Under the pieces are notes generated by a model. It saw only the letters and a list, made by a program, of their open reading frames with translations, did not search any database and was not told where the DNA came from. The translations under genes and the position numbers were made by a program. From an uncultured Planctomycetota bacterium (GTDB lineage Bacteria; Planctomycetota; Planctomycetia; Isosphaerales; Isosphaeraceae): DNA of 64,000 nucleotides. Positions 20,801 through 28,595 of this stretch are shown piece by piece (positions within the stretch are counted from its first letter, which is position 1; each line of letters starts with the position of its first letter). The stretch lies in contig CAWGMQ010000006.1 of NCBI GenBank assembly GCA_963823665.1, positions 576,001 through 640,000 of the forward strand, in the 5' to 3' direction.

Positions 20801-21946
20801 CATCCCGCCACGCTCATCAGCATGAACAACCTCGCCATGGCTTACCAGGCCGCCGGCAAACGCGACCTGGCCCTGCCGCTCTTCAAGGAGACGCTCGAGC
20901 TGGTCAAAGCCAAGCTGGGCCCCGAACATCCCGACACGCTTACCAGCATGGAGAACCTCGCCGTGGCCTACGCGACGGACGGCGACTTCGGCCTGGCGCT
21001 GCCGCTCCATGAGAAGACGCTGAAGCTCCAGAAAGCCAAGCTCGGCCCCGATCATCCCAACACGCTCAGGAGCATGAACAACCTCGCCTTGGCTTACAAC
21101 AAGACTGCCGGCAAGCTTGACCTGGCCCTGCCACTGTTCGAGGACACGCTGAAGCTCATGACGGCCAAGCTCGGCCCGGCGCATCCCAGCACGATCATTA
21201 CCATGCGCAACCTCGCAGAGGCTTACCAGAAAGCCGGCAAGCTGGACCTGGCCCTGCCGCTACTCGAGGAGGCGCTGAAGCTCCAGAAAGCCAAGCTCGG
21301 CTCCGATCACCCCGACACGATCAGCAGCATGAACAACCTCGCCGTGGACTACTTTAATTCCGGCAACTCCGACCTGGCCCTGCCGCTCTGGGAGGAGGCG
21401 TTCATGCACGCAAAAGCCCCGCTCGGCCGCGAACACCCCGATCTGCTCAAGATCAAGCTCAACCTCGCGGCGGCCTACGACGCAGCCGGCAAGTTCGACC
21501 TGGCCCTGCCTTTCGTGAAAGAGCTGCTGGCCAAGCCTCGAAAGGCGCTTCCCAATGACGCTCAGCAGTTGGCCACGTTCGGCCGATTGCTGATCCGTGC
21601 CAAAGCCTTCGCCGACGCTGAACTGGTCCTCCGCGAGTCTCTCGCGATCCGCGAGAAGTCGCAGCCCGAAGTGTGGAGCACGTTTCACACCAGGTCGCTG
21701 CTCGGCGGAGCGCTGTTGGGCCAGAACAAATACGCCGACGCCGAGCCGTTGCTGCTTGCCGGCTACCAAGGCCTGAAGCAGCGCGAGAAGACGATCCCGG
21801 CAAAGTCGCAGAATCGTCTGACGGAAGCCCTCGAACGCCTTGTCCAGCTCTACGAGGCGACGGGCAAGGCCGACGACACCGCCAAATGGCGCAAGGAACT
21901 GGAGGAGCGCAAGGCGGCCGAGAAGCAACCGGCGAAAAAGCCGTGA
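17822..21946 (+). CDS. Ser/Thr protein kinase with TM segment and 14 kinesin-light-chain-type TPR repeats
   Basis: GEGGMG, VALK, HRDLKPAN, IDFG and YMAPE motifs; 42-aa GPxHPxTL..MNNLA repeats. Confidence 0.95.
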   Translation: MAIDAARAHSLFLAASDLSDPAERATFLDRECGDDAELRERIEALLRANDASPRPPPGTDDATVDSHAGRPRSEATGVPMPIPGAYVSPPSITADYRSDAEPNVLIAGRFTLQEKIGEGGMGEVWVAKQSEPVKRKVALKLIKTGMDSRAVLQRFEQERQALAILDHPNIAKVLDAGLTPSGQPFFAMELVNGLPLTKFCDAARLPTKERLELFVTICQAVQHAHHKGIVHRDLKPANILITTIDAKPVPKIIDFGVAKAMAGKLTDESLSTQFGAIVGTLEYMAPEQAAFSAEDIDTRADIYSLGVILYELLTGLRPFDAKRLREAALTEMIRIIREEDPSKPSTRLSTNEALSSMAALRQVEPRKLMAILRGELDWVVMKCLEKHRERRYETANGLARDIQRYLADEPVEARPPSPGYRLHKFVTRNKGQVIAVSLLFLALLAGITGTTFGLFRAEAAKRAEAGQRAQAVLERDKAIEAERQTGIERDKAIEAERQTGIERDKAIAAERQTGIERDKAIAADAKSKAINEFLTEDLLTQAEPANNAVEDHVTLLEVLDRAAEKVGTRFESQPELERAVRLTIASAYHSLASWEKAETQARVLFDSARKHDPHSAQTYKFQGNLAYVFLQRGRRDAELLKMAEAAAKGLERTQGPDHPDTLYSLSHLAMAYEDAGQLNLALPLFEQTLKLQRAKVGPEHPQTLSTMNNLASAYAAAGKPDLALPLFKQTLELTKAKFGPDHPHTLTSVNNLAHAYTPAGKLDLALPMLKETVKRAKAKLGPEHDATLATMSNLASANQAAGNLDLALPLFEETLKLMTAKLGPEHPATLTSMNSLAGAYRAAGEVNQAQQLLEEALKLVKAKLGPDHPDTLTTMNNLAVTYDDAGKLDLAVWLQEEALKLQKAKLGPEHPATLTSMSNLALSYTAFGEVDLALPLLEEALKLQKAKLGPEHPSTLSTMNNLALAYDSAGKRDAALQLKTETLELRKAKLGPEHPATLISMNNLAMAYQAAGKRDLALPLFKETLELVKAKLGPEHPDTLTSMENLAVAYATDGDFGLALPLHEKTLKLQKAKLGPDHPNTLRSMNNLALAYNKTAGKLDLALPLFEDTLKLMTAKLGPAHPSTIITMRNLAEAYQKAGKLDLALPLLEEALKLQKAKLGSDHPDTISSMNNLAVDYFNSGNSDLALPLWEEAFMHAKAPLGREHPDLLKIKLNLAAAYDAAGKFDLALPFVKELLAKPRKALPNDAQQLATFGRLLIRAKAFADAELVLRESLAIREKSQPEVWSTFHTRSLLGGALLGQNKYADAEPLLLAGYQGLKQREKTIPAKSQNRLTEALERLVQLYEATGKADDTAKWRKELEERKAAEKQPAKKP
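19241..19390 (+). repeat. 42-bp tandem repeat (ERDKAIEAERQTGI x3.5)
   Basis: Units start at 19241, 19283, 19325 and 19367. Confidence 0.9.
19783..21540 (+). repeat. 126-bp tandem TPR units (14 copies)
   Basis: Recurrent aagctcggccccgaacatccc...atgaacaacctcgcc...gacctggccctgccgctc. Confidence 0.9.
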
Positions 21947-22139
21947 TCGTAGAAACGGCCCCACTCCCGGCCTTGCCGCGAGCAACGCCGCAATCGATGC
22001 GTCGACGCCCCCCTTGTTGGTCGTTGGCGACCTGGTTCGCCCGCCAGGCAACCAGCGATCGGCCTCCGGCTGCGCACATCCCGCTCACCTGCGCTCGCAT
22101 TTGTCATCCAATCCAGCGAACAGCTCCCGCACACCCCCC

Positions 22140-22258
22140 AAAACGTCGTCATCGTCGTCATCTCCTTACAGGAACTGGACTTACGGATGACGACGTTTTT
22201 GGCAGCGCCGAGATGGTCGACACAAGGCTTTATGAAATATCGACTTGCGGATGACGAC
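22140..22258. repeat. GATGACGAC direct and inverted repeats at the 3' end of the helicase gene (origin-like)
   Basis: GTCGTCATC at 22145 and 22154. GACTT(A/G)CGGATGACGAC at 22178 and 22242. Inverted pair AAAACGTCGTCATC / GATGACGACGTTTT. Confidence 0.7.
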
Positions 22259-23741
22259 CCGGTTCCTGCTTATGCGTGGTCCTGACGCAGACGATCCGCT
22301 TTCCAGCGGTTCGCTCAAACGTGACAGACACGCCATTGCTCCGGAGTTGCGGTGCGATCCGGCGCAGCTCATTGGTCATCACGGAAGGCGATTTGGGCCA
22401 CCGGGCCGAGGAAGCCACCTTCTGTCCCACCTGGTCGCCGAGTTCCTTGAGCAGCTCCGTAGGGGTGCCCCACCAGTTCACGCTTTCAGGGGCGCGCTCC
22501 AGCATGGCGCTCGCGATCATCGAGTCTTCAATTTGCGCCGCGGTCGCGTCCTTACGATTGTTGTTGTAGTCCGCAATGACCGTATCGGCGTTCCATCCCA
22601 GCGCCCGGCCAACAGCCTCCGCGAACGCGGCGAAGTCGGCCATGCGTGGCAATTCCGCCAGACTGACCAAGGGCAGCTCGCGCATCCCTCCCGCGACCGC
22701 ATCCAGCAAACTCCCGAGAATCAGCGGCCGCTCACGATAAAAAGCCGCCCACAACTCATCCTCGCGCCGCCGTTGTCCCGGCGGGATCGGCGCCAGATTG
22801 AGAAAAACCGTGCGGTCGCTCAGATCGCCGCGCTGGACGAATTCTTCGATCCCGTTCAGGATCACTGGTCGTTGCGCGTGCAGAATCGTTTGCTCGTCAT
22901 TGGAAAACAAGGAACGCGCCGCGAAGCCGCCGCCGGTGGCCAGCCGGCAGAGGCCGTCAGACAGCCACGGGCGAATCGTGCTGATATTGTCGTATGCCAG
23001 CAGCCACCCGTTGGTGGCGGTGATCATCAGGTCACGCGTACTTCCGGGCTCGGAAAGCAGCGGGGAATCCTGGGGATCGATCAGCGACCGGATGATCCTC
23101 GCCAGTGTGCTCTTGGCCGACCCCTGTTCACCGTAAAGTGCCAGGATGGGATACGGCCCAGCCGGCCGCAGCGCTGCGGCCATCCAGGCGACCAGCAGGC
23201 GAAAATCACTCGGGTTCAGATTCACATAAGGCCGCAACAGTTCGATCGAGCCTTCTCGGCGCGGTCGCGGCATCGGCAGGAGCCCATCCGGCCTGCGAAA
23301 CTCGACTCCCGGACTTTCAACCACGCTCCACCCTTCCGCGGTGATATGAATGGCGTGCCCGGTCACATCGCCCAGATCGATGTAATACCCCGCTCCCTGC
23401 ATTTCACTGTTGCCGCCCACCCGGATGAACACTTGCGGCGCACCGCTTCCGAACCGGGCAAATGCCTCGAGCGCCCCGATCACGCGGCGGATGGCTCCCT
23501 CCGGCGGCAGCACCCCGAATTCCTGGAAATGCCCGCCGATCAACCAGTCCCGGAATGCCCCCGACCGGAGACCATGCACCTCAACTCGGTGCCCAACCGG
23601 CACCCGGGCAAAAAGCCGCCCGTCGTCAGCCCGAAACAGCCGCACCCCCTCGGCTAATCGCAGCAGCCGCTGCACCGCCGTCCGCTCGCTCCCATTGTCA
23701 TTCTGCTCGTCGCCTTCGGTATGTGCTACTTGATTGGTCAT
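22230..23741 (-). CDS. MGE-type P-loop ATPase/helicase (primase-associated family), no primase domain
   Basis: Walker A GEQGSAKST, Walker B LAYDN, LCRLATGGG..RSLF, PVILNGI, PRMADF and a C-terminal winged-helix-like region. RBS GGAGG before ATG 23741. Confidence 0.75.
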   Translation of the reverse strand: MTNQVAHTEGDEQNDNGSERTAVQRLLRLAEGVRLFRADDGRLFARVPVGHRVEVHGLRSGAFRDWLIGGHFQEFGVLPPEGAIRRVIGALEAFARFGSGAPQVFIRVGGNSEMQGAGYYIDLGDVTGHAIHITAEGWSVVESPGVEFRRPDGLLPMPRPRREGSIELLRPYVNLNPSDFRLLVAWMAAALRPAGPYPILALYGEQGSAKSTLARIIRSLIDPQDSPLLSEPGSTRDLMITATNGWLLAYDNISTIRPWLSDGLCRLATGGGFAARSLFSNDEQTILHAQRPVILNGIEEFVQRGDLSDRTVFLNLAPIPPGQRRREDELWAAFYRERPLILGSLLDAVAGGMRELPLVSLAELPRMADFAAFAEAVGRALGWNADTVIADYNNNRKDATAAQIEDSMIASAMLERAPESVNWWGTPTELLKELGDQVGQKVASSARWPKSPSVMTNELRRIAPQLRSNGVSVTFERTAGKRIVCVRTTHKQEPGRHPQVDIS

Positions 23742-24144
23742 CCGATTCCCGCCTCCGTTCGACCCATTAGCCAACCGAGCCCTACTTGAGATCCACGCCG
23801 CGCGCCCATCACACGCGCCTGCGTCACCACCCGCAAACCAGCCCGGCGACAGCCGACACCCCGCCTCGCAATCCGATTCATCGGCACTTCGACGCCTCTA
23901 CAATTCTTTTTTTAGCATCCTGCTTACTTTTTAAAGCGTACATGCAGCGCATTCCTCCCCCCAACGTGCAGCGATTTTTTGCGGTTGGTTTATTTGACTA
24001 CCGGCAGCGAAAATCCAGTTCAAACCCGTAACTGATCAGCGGGGAGATCACATCGAGTAAGATACGGAAGCTTCAAAAAAACGTAGGTGATCGGCCGTCT
24101 GCGCTCTCTTACTTGTAGAACGACCTCCGTCGAGGGCCAGATTC

Positions 24145-24501
24145 ATGACTAACAGGCGGACCGGAACTGTCCTGCGTGAGATTGTGCGTGGCGTCCAGAC
24201 GCCTCGAGCGGGGGTGCAGAGTTCGCCGACGAAAGGCGTACCGGAGCCCATGGTCCTCGGGGAATTCGCCGGCTTCCTGACCTTCGACGTTCGGGACGGG
24301 AAGTTGGTGCTCCGGCGGCCCGGGAGCCCCGAACGAGTTGAGATGGACCGGGACAAGGTTGTCGTTGTCTCCGGCAACACCAATCTGCTGGCGGCCTCCC
24401 GGATCTGCACCGCGCAGTTGGACATTGACGCCCGTGACAACCGCGTGATCGTGTCCGGCCTCCGGCCGCGGCGTGGAGGCGTCGTTCAGCCGAGTCGGTG
24501 A
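24145..24501 (+). CDS. Hypothetical protein
   Basis: Open frame divergent from the helicase; no recognisable motif. Confidence 0.3.
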   Translation: MTNRRTGTVLREIVRGVQTPRAGVQSSPTKGVPEPMVLGEFAGFLTFDVRDGKLVLRRPGSPERVEMDRDKVVVVSGNTNLLAASRICTAQLDIDARDNRVIVSGLRPRRGGVVQPSR

Positions 24502-24751
24502 CAAGGTCCGAGTCGAGATTGGCGGGCGGTTCGCAGAAGAGGAGATGATGACGCCGTCCCTCCCCGAGCTTCGATTCTTCTCGAAGATCGAATGGAAGGA
24601 TCGGTAGTCGCTGGGGCCGCTCGTCTGGAGGCGGAACACCGTAAGGCCACAGAGAAAGAGTGAAAGGGACGGAAGAGCACTGCGACGGCTTCCGTTCAGG
24701 GGGCCGATACCTTGATCTCCCGCTTGCGCTGATGCCATGGACGTCCGCTGT

Positions 24752-27418
24752 TCAGGGGTCGCCGTCGATATCCTCGGTGTCGGCCAGCCACAGGTTCGCG
24801 TAACGGTGCTGCAGATACTGCCAGCGGGCCTCGCCATGTCGTGCAAGTACGGCCGCTGCCGCCAGGCGGGCGGCGTTCTTCGTGTTGTTCGCCTTGAGGT
24901 CGGGGTCATCCGGCAGGCGCTCGACGATCTGCACGGCCCACGCTGGGTCGATCACAGCGGTCGCCGCGAAGGCGGGCCCGAGGTCACCCGCCAGCTCCGC
25001 CACCGACGCCTCCGGGCCGAGGTCGCGCGCCACCAGCGCGCGGGCGACATCGCGGTCGTACCGCGCGAGCAAGAGCCCGATCCCCAGGTCGTGGAAAACG
25101 CTCGGGTCGCGGACCGCATCAGGTCGCCGTGGGTCTCGCAGCGAGAGGGACCGCCAGATCGTCTCGGTGACCAGGTTGGGGTCGATCCGCTCGGCTACTG
25201 CCACGAGCGCGGCGCACGTGACGCCGCAGTGACATGGGCTCCGTGTGGGTGAGGCACCGGACCCCACGGCGGTCCCGAGGATGTCGAGCGCCTCGCGCAA
25301 CAGCGCGGTCGCGTCGGCTGTCTTTTTCGCTTTCGCTAGTCCGAGCGCGCCCATCCCGAACGCGTATCCGCGCATCACCGGGTCGACCGCCGTCGCGGCC
25401 AGCCGGCGCGCTCGGACAAGGTCGACCGGGGCCATCCGGTGCACGACACGAACAACGTACTGGTCGTGCTGGTAAGGTTTCTTGACCATGCCGAGCACCC
25501 GCTCGGCCGCGGCGGGGTCCTTGCCGGCGAGCTCGTGCGCGATGTTGCCGTGGTGCCGCTCGAACTCGAAGCCGTCGGAGAGGCCCTTGGTGAGCTTCAG
25601 GGCCGCCTCGAGGTCGATCTGGCTGAGCTCCTCAGCGAACGACCCCTTGGCGTAGGAGGGCCACGCGACGTCGGGCAACTGCTCCGCATCGGGCTGGATC
25701 TCGCGGAGCAAGGCCTTACCCTTCTCGGTGAGGCCCATGTCGAGCCAGTGCTCGGCGACCTGGCCGGTGAGGAGCATCCGGATGCCGGCCGGCTCGCGCA
25801 CGGCCTTCGCGCTGACCAGAGCCCGGTCCAGCAGTTCCAACTTCTTCGCCTTCTCGGTCGGCGGAACGGCGTCGACCGCCTTGAGCAGGGCCATGGCCCG
25901 AGCCGCCGGGTCGTCGATCGACTCCGCCACGGCCAGCGCCTCGTCGGGGGCGGATTCGAGCAGTGCGTTGGCGACCCGCAAGCGGAACATCGCCTTGAGA
26001 AACGGATCCGTCAGCGTCTTCCCCTCGGTCAACTCCAGCGTCCGTTCCGGGTCGACCCGCGCTAGTACCTCCAGCACTCGGACTTTGTCGTTCGTCTCTC
26101 CCTTTTCCAGCGCCTTGGTGGCGTAGGCGTCGATCAGCCGGTGCGCGGCGGCGCTTTCCTGCTCAGGCGTGGCGGCGGGGACGAGCGTACGCATCGTCTC
26201 GGCCGGCCGCTCGTTCTCGCGAGTGAGCGTGAGCGTCATATCGGTTACGCCAGCCTTCACGCCTCGCCCGGCAAAGCGGAACCCCTTCGCGCGGCCGAAC
26301 ACGAAGGTCGACGCATCCGCCACGCCCGACAACGAGAACCGACCCCCAGCGTCGGAGGTCGTTTCCGTCCGCGCGGGGGCGTCACCAGACTGGAAGACGG
26401 TGGCGCCGGCGACCGGGTTTCCCTGCGTGTCGACAACCCGGCCCGCGAGCGTTCGCGTCTTCGCTGCCTTCTGCTCCGTGATCGTGACCTCGGTGAGCCG
26501 ACCTGCTTCGATCGACTTGTCCCGGACTGTGATGAATTTCAGCGTGGAGTTCTCGGGCACCTGGACATTGACGCGCAGGTTGCCCACCGGCAGCACGGGG
26601 ACCTCGAACCGCCCAGACGAGTCAGGCACCGCCTCGGCCGTCGCACCCAACACGTTCGGCCCTTCCGCACGGCTCAGGATCAATACCTGGAGCTTGAGCC
26701 CCTGGAGCGCCTTGGGATCATCGACGACGATCCGGCCCACCAAGCGTCCGACTGGTGCAAGCCGAAATAGGAAGCCCCCGTCGGAGTCCGGGGTTGCCGA
26801 CGCGAGCTGACGACCAAACCCGGGGGCCTCGAGCACCACCCCCGCCAGCTCGGCGGGCGCGACTGCGGCGATCGTGCCTCGGCCGTCGGGTCCGGTCGTG
26901 GCCGCGAGGCGCTCGGCCAGTTCATCGGGGAGGGGATAGGCGGGGATCTCCATGTTGGGGGTTTTCGAGCTGGAGATCGGGTCGACGCGGATCATCATCG
27001 GGAAGACCTTCGCCCCCGTGACCGCTCCGCCATTGGGCCCGAGCACGCGCACGGTCGCTCCCCCGGGGGCGGCGAGCTTCACGGCCAGCGGTTTGTCCTT
27101 TGCCTTCGCCAGGCTCTGGCGCGTGAACGTCTGGCCCCCGAGCCCATGCGCGGCATGCGTTGCCCAGACCGCCCATGGCAAGTCTGCCGTCTGCGCATTC
27201 TTGGGGGCCGGCACGGTTAAACGAAACCGGCCCTGCGCGTCAGACGTCGCGCGTGCCTCGGCGGCCCGCCGAGCGCCTCCCGGTGCAAGACCGGAGACCC
27301 AAACCTCGGCCCCCGCGACGGGTTGCCGCTTCGCGTCTTCCACCCGACCCGCCACTTCCACCGGCCCGGCGACGGGCGCCTGAGCCACTACCGCGAGCAG
27401 CCATGGCACAACGAACAT
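24752..27418 (-). CDS. Secreted protein with carboxypeptidase-regulatory-like beta-sandwich repeats and a helical C-terminal region
   Basis: RBS GAAGGAG and signal peptide. GRVEDAKRQPVAGAEV and GRVVDTQGNPVAGATV..TTSDAGGRF repeats. Confidence 0.8.
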   Translation of the reverse strand: MFVVPWLLAVVAQAPVAGPVEVAGRVEDAKRQPVAGAEVWVSGLAPGGARRAAEARATSDAQGRFRLTVPAPKNAQTADLPWAVWATHAAHGLGGQTFTRQSLAKAKDKPLAVKLAAPGGATVRVLGPNGGAVTGAKVFPMMIRVDPISSSKTPNMEIPAYPLPDELAERLAATTGPDGRGTIAAVAPAELAGVVLEAPGFGRQLASATPDSDGGFLFRLAPVGRLVGRIVVDDPKALQGLKLQVLILSRAEGPNVLGATAEAVPDSSGRFEVPVLPVGNLRVNVQVPENSTLKFITVRDKSIEAGRLTEVTITEQKAAKTRTLAGRVVDTQGNPVAGATVFQSGDAPARTETTSDAGGRFSLSGVADASTFVFGRAKGFRFAGRGVKAGVTDMTLTLTRENERPAETMRTLVPAATPEQESAAAHRLIDAYATKALEKGETNDKVRVLEVLARVDPERTLELTEGKTLTDPFLKAMFRLRVANALLESAPDEALAVAESIDDPAARAMALLKAVDAVPPTEKAKKLELLDRALVSAKAVREPAGIRMLLTGQVAEHWLDMGLTEKGKALLREIQPDAEQLPDVAWPSYAKGSFAEELSQIDLEAALKLTKGLSDGFEFERHHGNIAHELAGKDPAAAERVLGMVKKPYQHDQYVVRVVHRMAPVDLVRARRLAATAVDPVMRGYAFGMGALGLAKAKKTADATALLREALDILGTAVGSGASPTRSPCHCGVTCAALVAVAERIDPNLVTETIWRSLSLRDPRRPDAVRDPSVFHDLGIGLLLARYDRDVARALVARDLGPEASVAELAGDLGPAFAATAVIDPAWAVQIVERLPDDPDLKANNTKNAARLAAAAVLARHGEARWQYLQHRYANLWLADTEDIDGDP

Positions 27419-27547
27419 CAGCCGGTCTCCTTCGCTGAAAGTACAAGAGGTACTCGAAGTCTGACATTTGTCTGAATGGTGGCCGGGCGGGGGGCGCCGA
27501 GTCAAGGGGTCCTCCGATTTCGGGGAAGCGGGGATTATTCGACCTCA

Positions 27548-27576
27548 GTAACACTGGGTAACATTGGGTAACACTG
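27548..27576. promoter_or_regulatory. Three phased 10-bp repeats GTAACAYTGG
   Basis: gtaacactgg gtaacattgg gtaacactg between divergent genes. Confidence 0.5.
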
Positions 27577-27610
27577 ACGCGAAGCCACAATCGAGGAGCT
27601 CACACCTACG

Positions 27611-28009
27611 ATGCAAGACAAAGAGGCCGGATCACCGCCCCCCTCGGCTTATCCGTACGTCACTCACTTGAACGTCCTCCATGCTCCGCTCGAGGTGGTG
27701 GATGTGGCCGCGCTCGTTGCCGCGTGCACCGACCGCTGGTACAACCAGACGCTTTGCCGCGTCAACGACTCGGTCGTGCGGCTGGGAGTCATGCAGGGCG
27801 AATACCACTGGCACAGCCACCATGACCTCGACGAGTTCTTCTACGTCGTGGACGGGAAGTTCATCATCGACCTCGAGGGTCGTAGCGTGGAACTCTCACC
27901 GCGCCAGGGGTTTGTTGTGCCCAAGGGCGTGGTGCACCGCACGCGCGCGCCGGAGCGGACCGTTGTCCTCATGGTCGAAGGTGCCGGAATCGTGCCCACA
28001 GGGGACTGA
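27611..28009 (+). CDS. Cupin-domain protein
   Basis: GEYHWHSH..DEFFYV...VPKGVVHRTRA. Confidence 0.9.
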   Translation: MQDKEAGSPPPSAYPYVTHLNVLHAPLEVVDVAALVAACTDRWYNQTLCRVNDSVVRLGVMQGEYHWHSHHDLDEFFYVVDGKFIIDLEGRSVELSPRQGFVVPKGVVHRTRAPERTVVLMVEGAGIVPTGD

Positions 28010-28051
28010 CGGGAACTTGAACCTCGGGCGACAGGAGGCGAATCACGAGCG

Positions 28052-28510
28052 ATGGTGAGAATACGTCCGATTGTGGTAGGCGATGAGGCTCGCTGGCGCG
28101 AGCTATGGGAAGGATATTGCCAATTCTATGAAAGAGAGCAGTCCGAGGCCATCACGCACCACACGTGGAAACGCATCATGGACGCGGCCTCGCCGGTTCA
28201 CGCCGTCGTCGCCGAGCGTGAAGGTGCGGGGGTGATCGGAATGGCTAACTACGTGATTCACGAGACCACTTCGGCACTCACGCCCGCTTGCTATCTCCAG
28301 GACCTCTTCGTCGATCCCAGTCATCGGGCCGGCGGCGTGGGCAAGCAACTCATCGATTGGTTACGAGCCGAGATGGCGGCGCGGAAATGGTCGCGGCTGT
28401 ACTGGCATACCAGGGAAACCAATTATCGCGCGCGCGGCCTCTACGACCAGTTCACGCCGCACAGCGGCTTTCTGCGGTACGTCATCATCAATCCGGGCGC
28501 GATCGAGTAG
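28052..28510 (+). CDS. GNAT N-acetyltransferase
   Basis: YLQDLFVDPSHRAGGVGKQLI...N..ARGLYD. Confidence 0.9.
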   Translation: MVRIRPIVVGDEARWRELWEGYCQFYEREQSEAITHHTWKRIMDAASPVHAVVAEREGAGVIGMANYVIHETTSALTPACYLQDLFVDPSHRAGGVGKQLIDWLRAEMAARKWSRLYWHTRETNYRARGLYDQFTPHSGFLRYVIINPGAIE

Positions 28511-28595
28511 CAGAGGCGCGATCGCACAATGGCTTTCACTGCTTCCCACCTCTGGTACGATACGGAATCCGAGCTGTACGTCCAGGGATCGCGAT

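Noticed and set aside
19241..21540. CRISPR-like array
   Set aside because: The repeats are in-frame coding units (42 and 126 bp) with no unique spacers, and there are no cas genes.
17744..23657. Long antisense ORFs (17744..19357, 19433..21184, 22245..23657; likewise 2479..4146 and 5493..6824)
   Set aside because: Shadow ORFs of high-GC coding strands with no motifs of their own.
22230..24501. Intact prophage or ICE
   Set aside because: No integrase, terminase, capsid or conjugation genes, and no att/tRNA site was seen.
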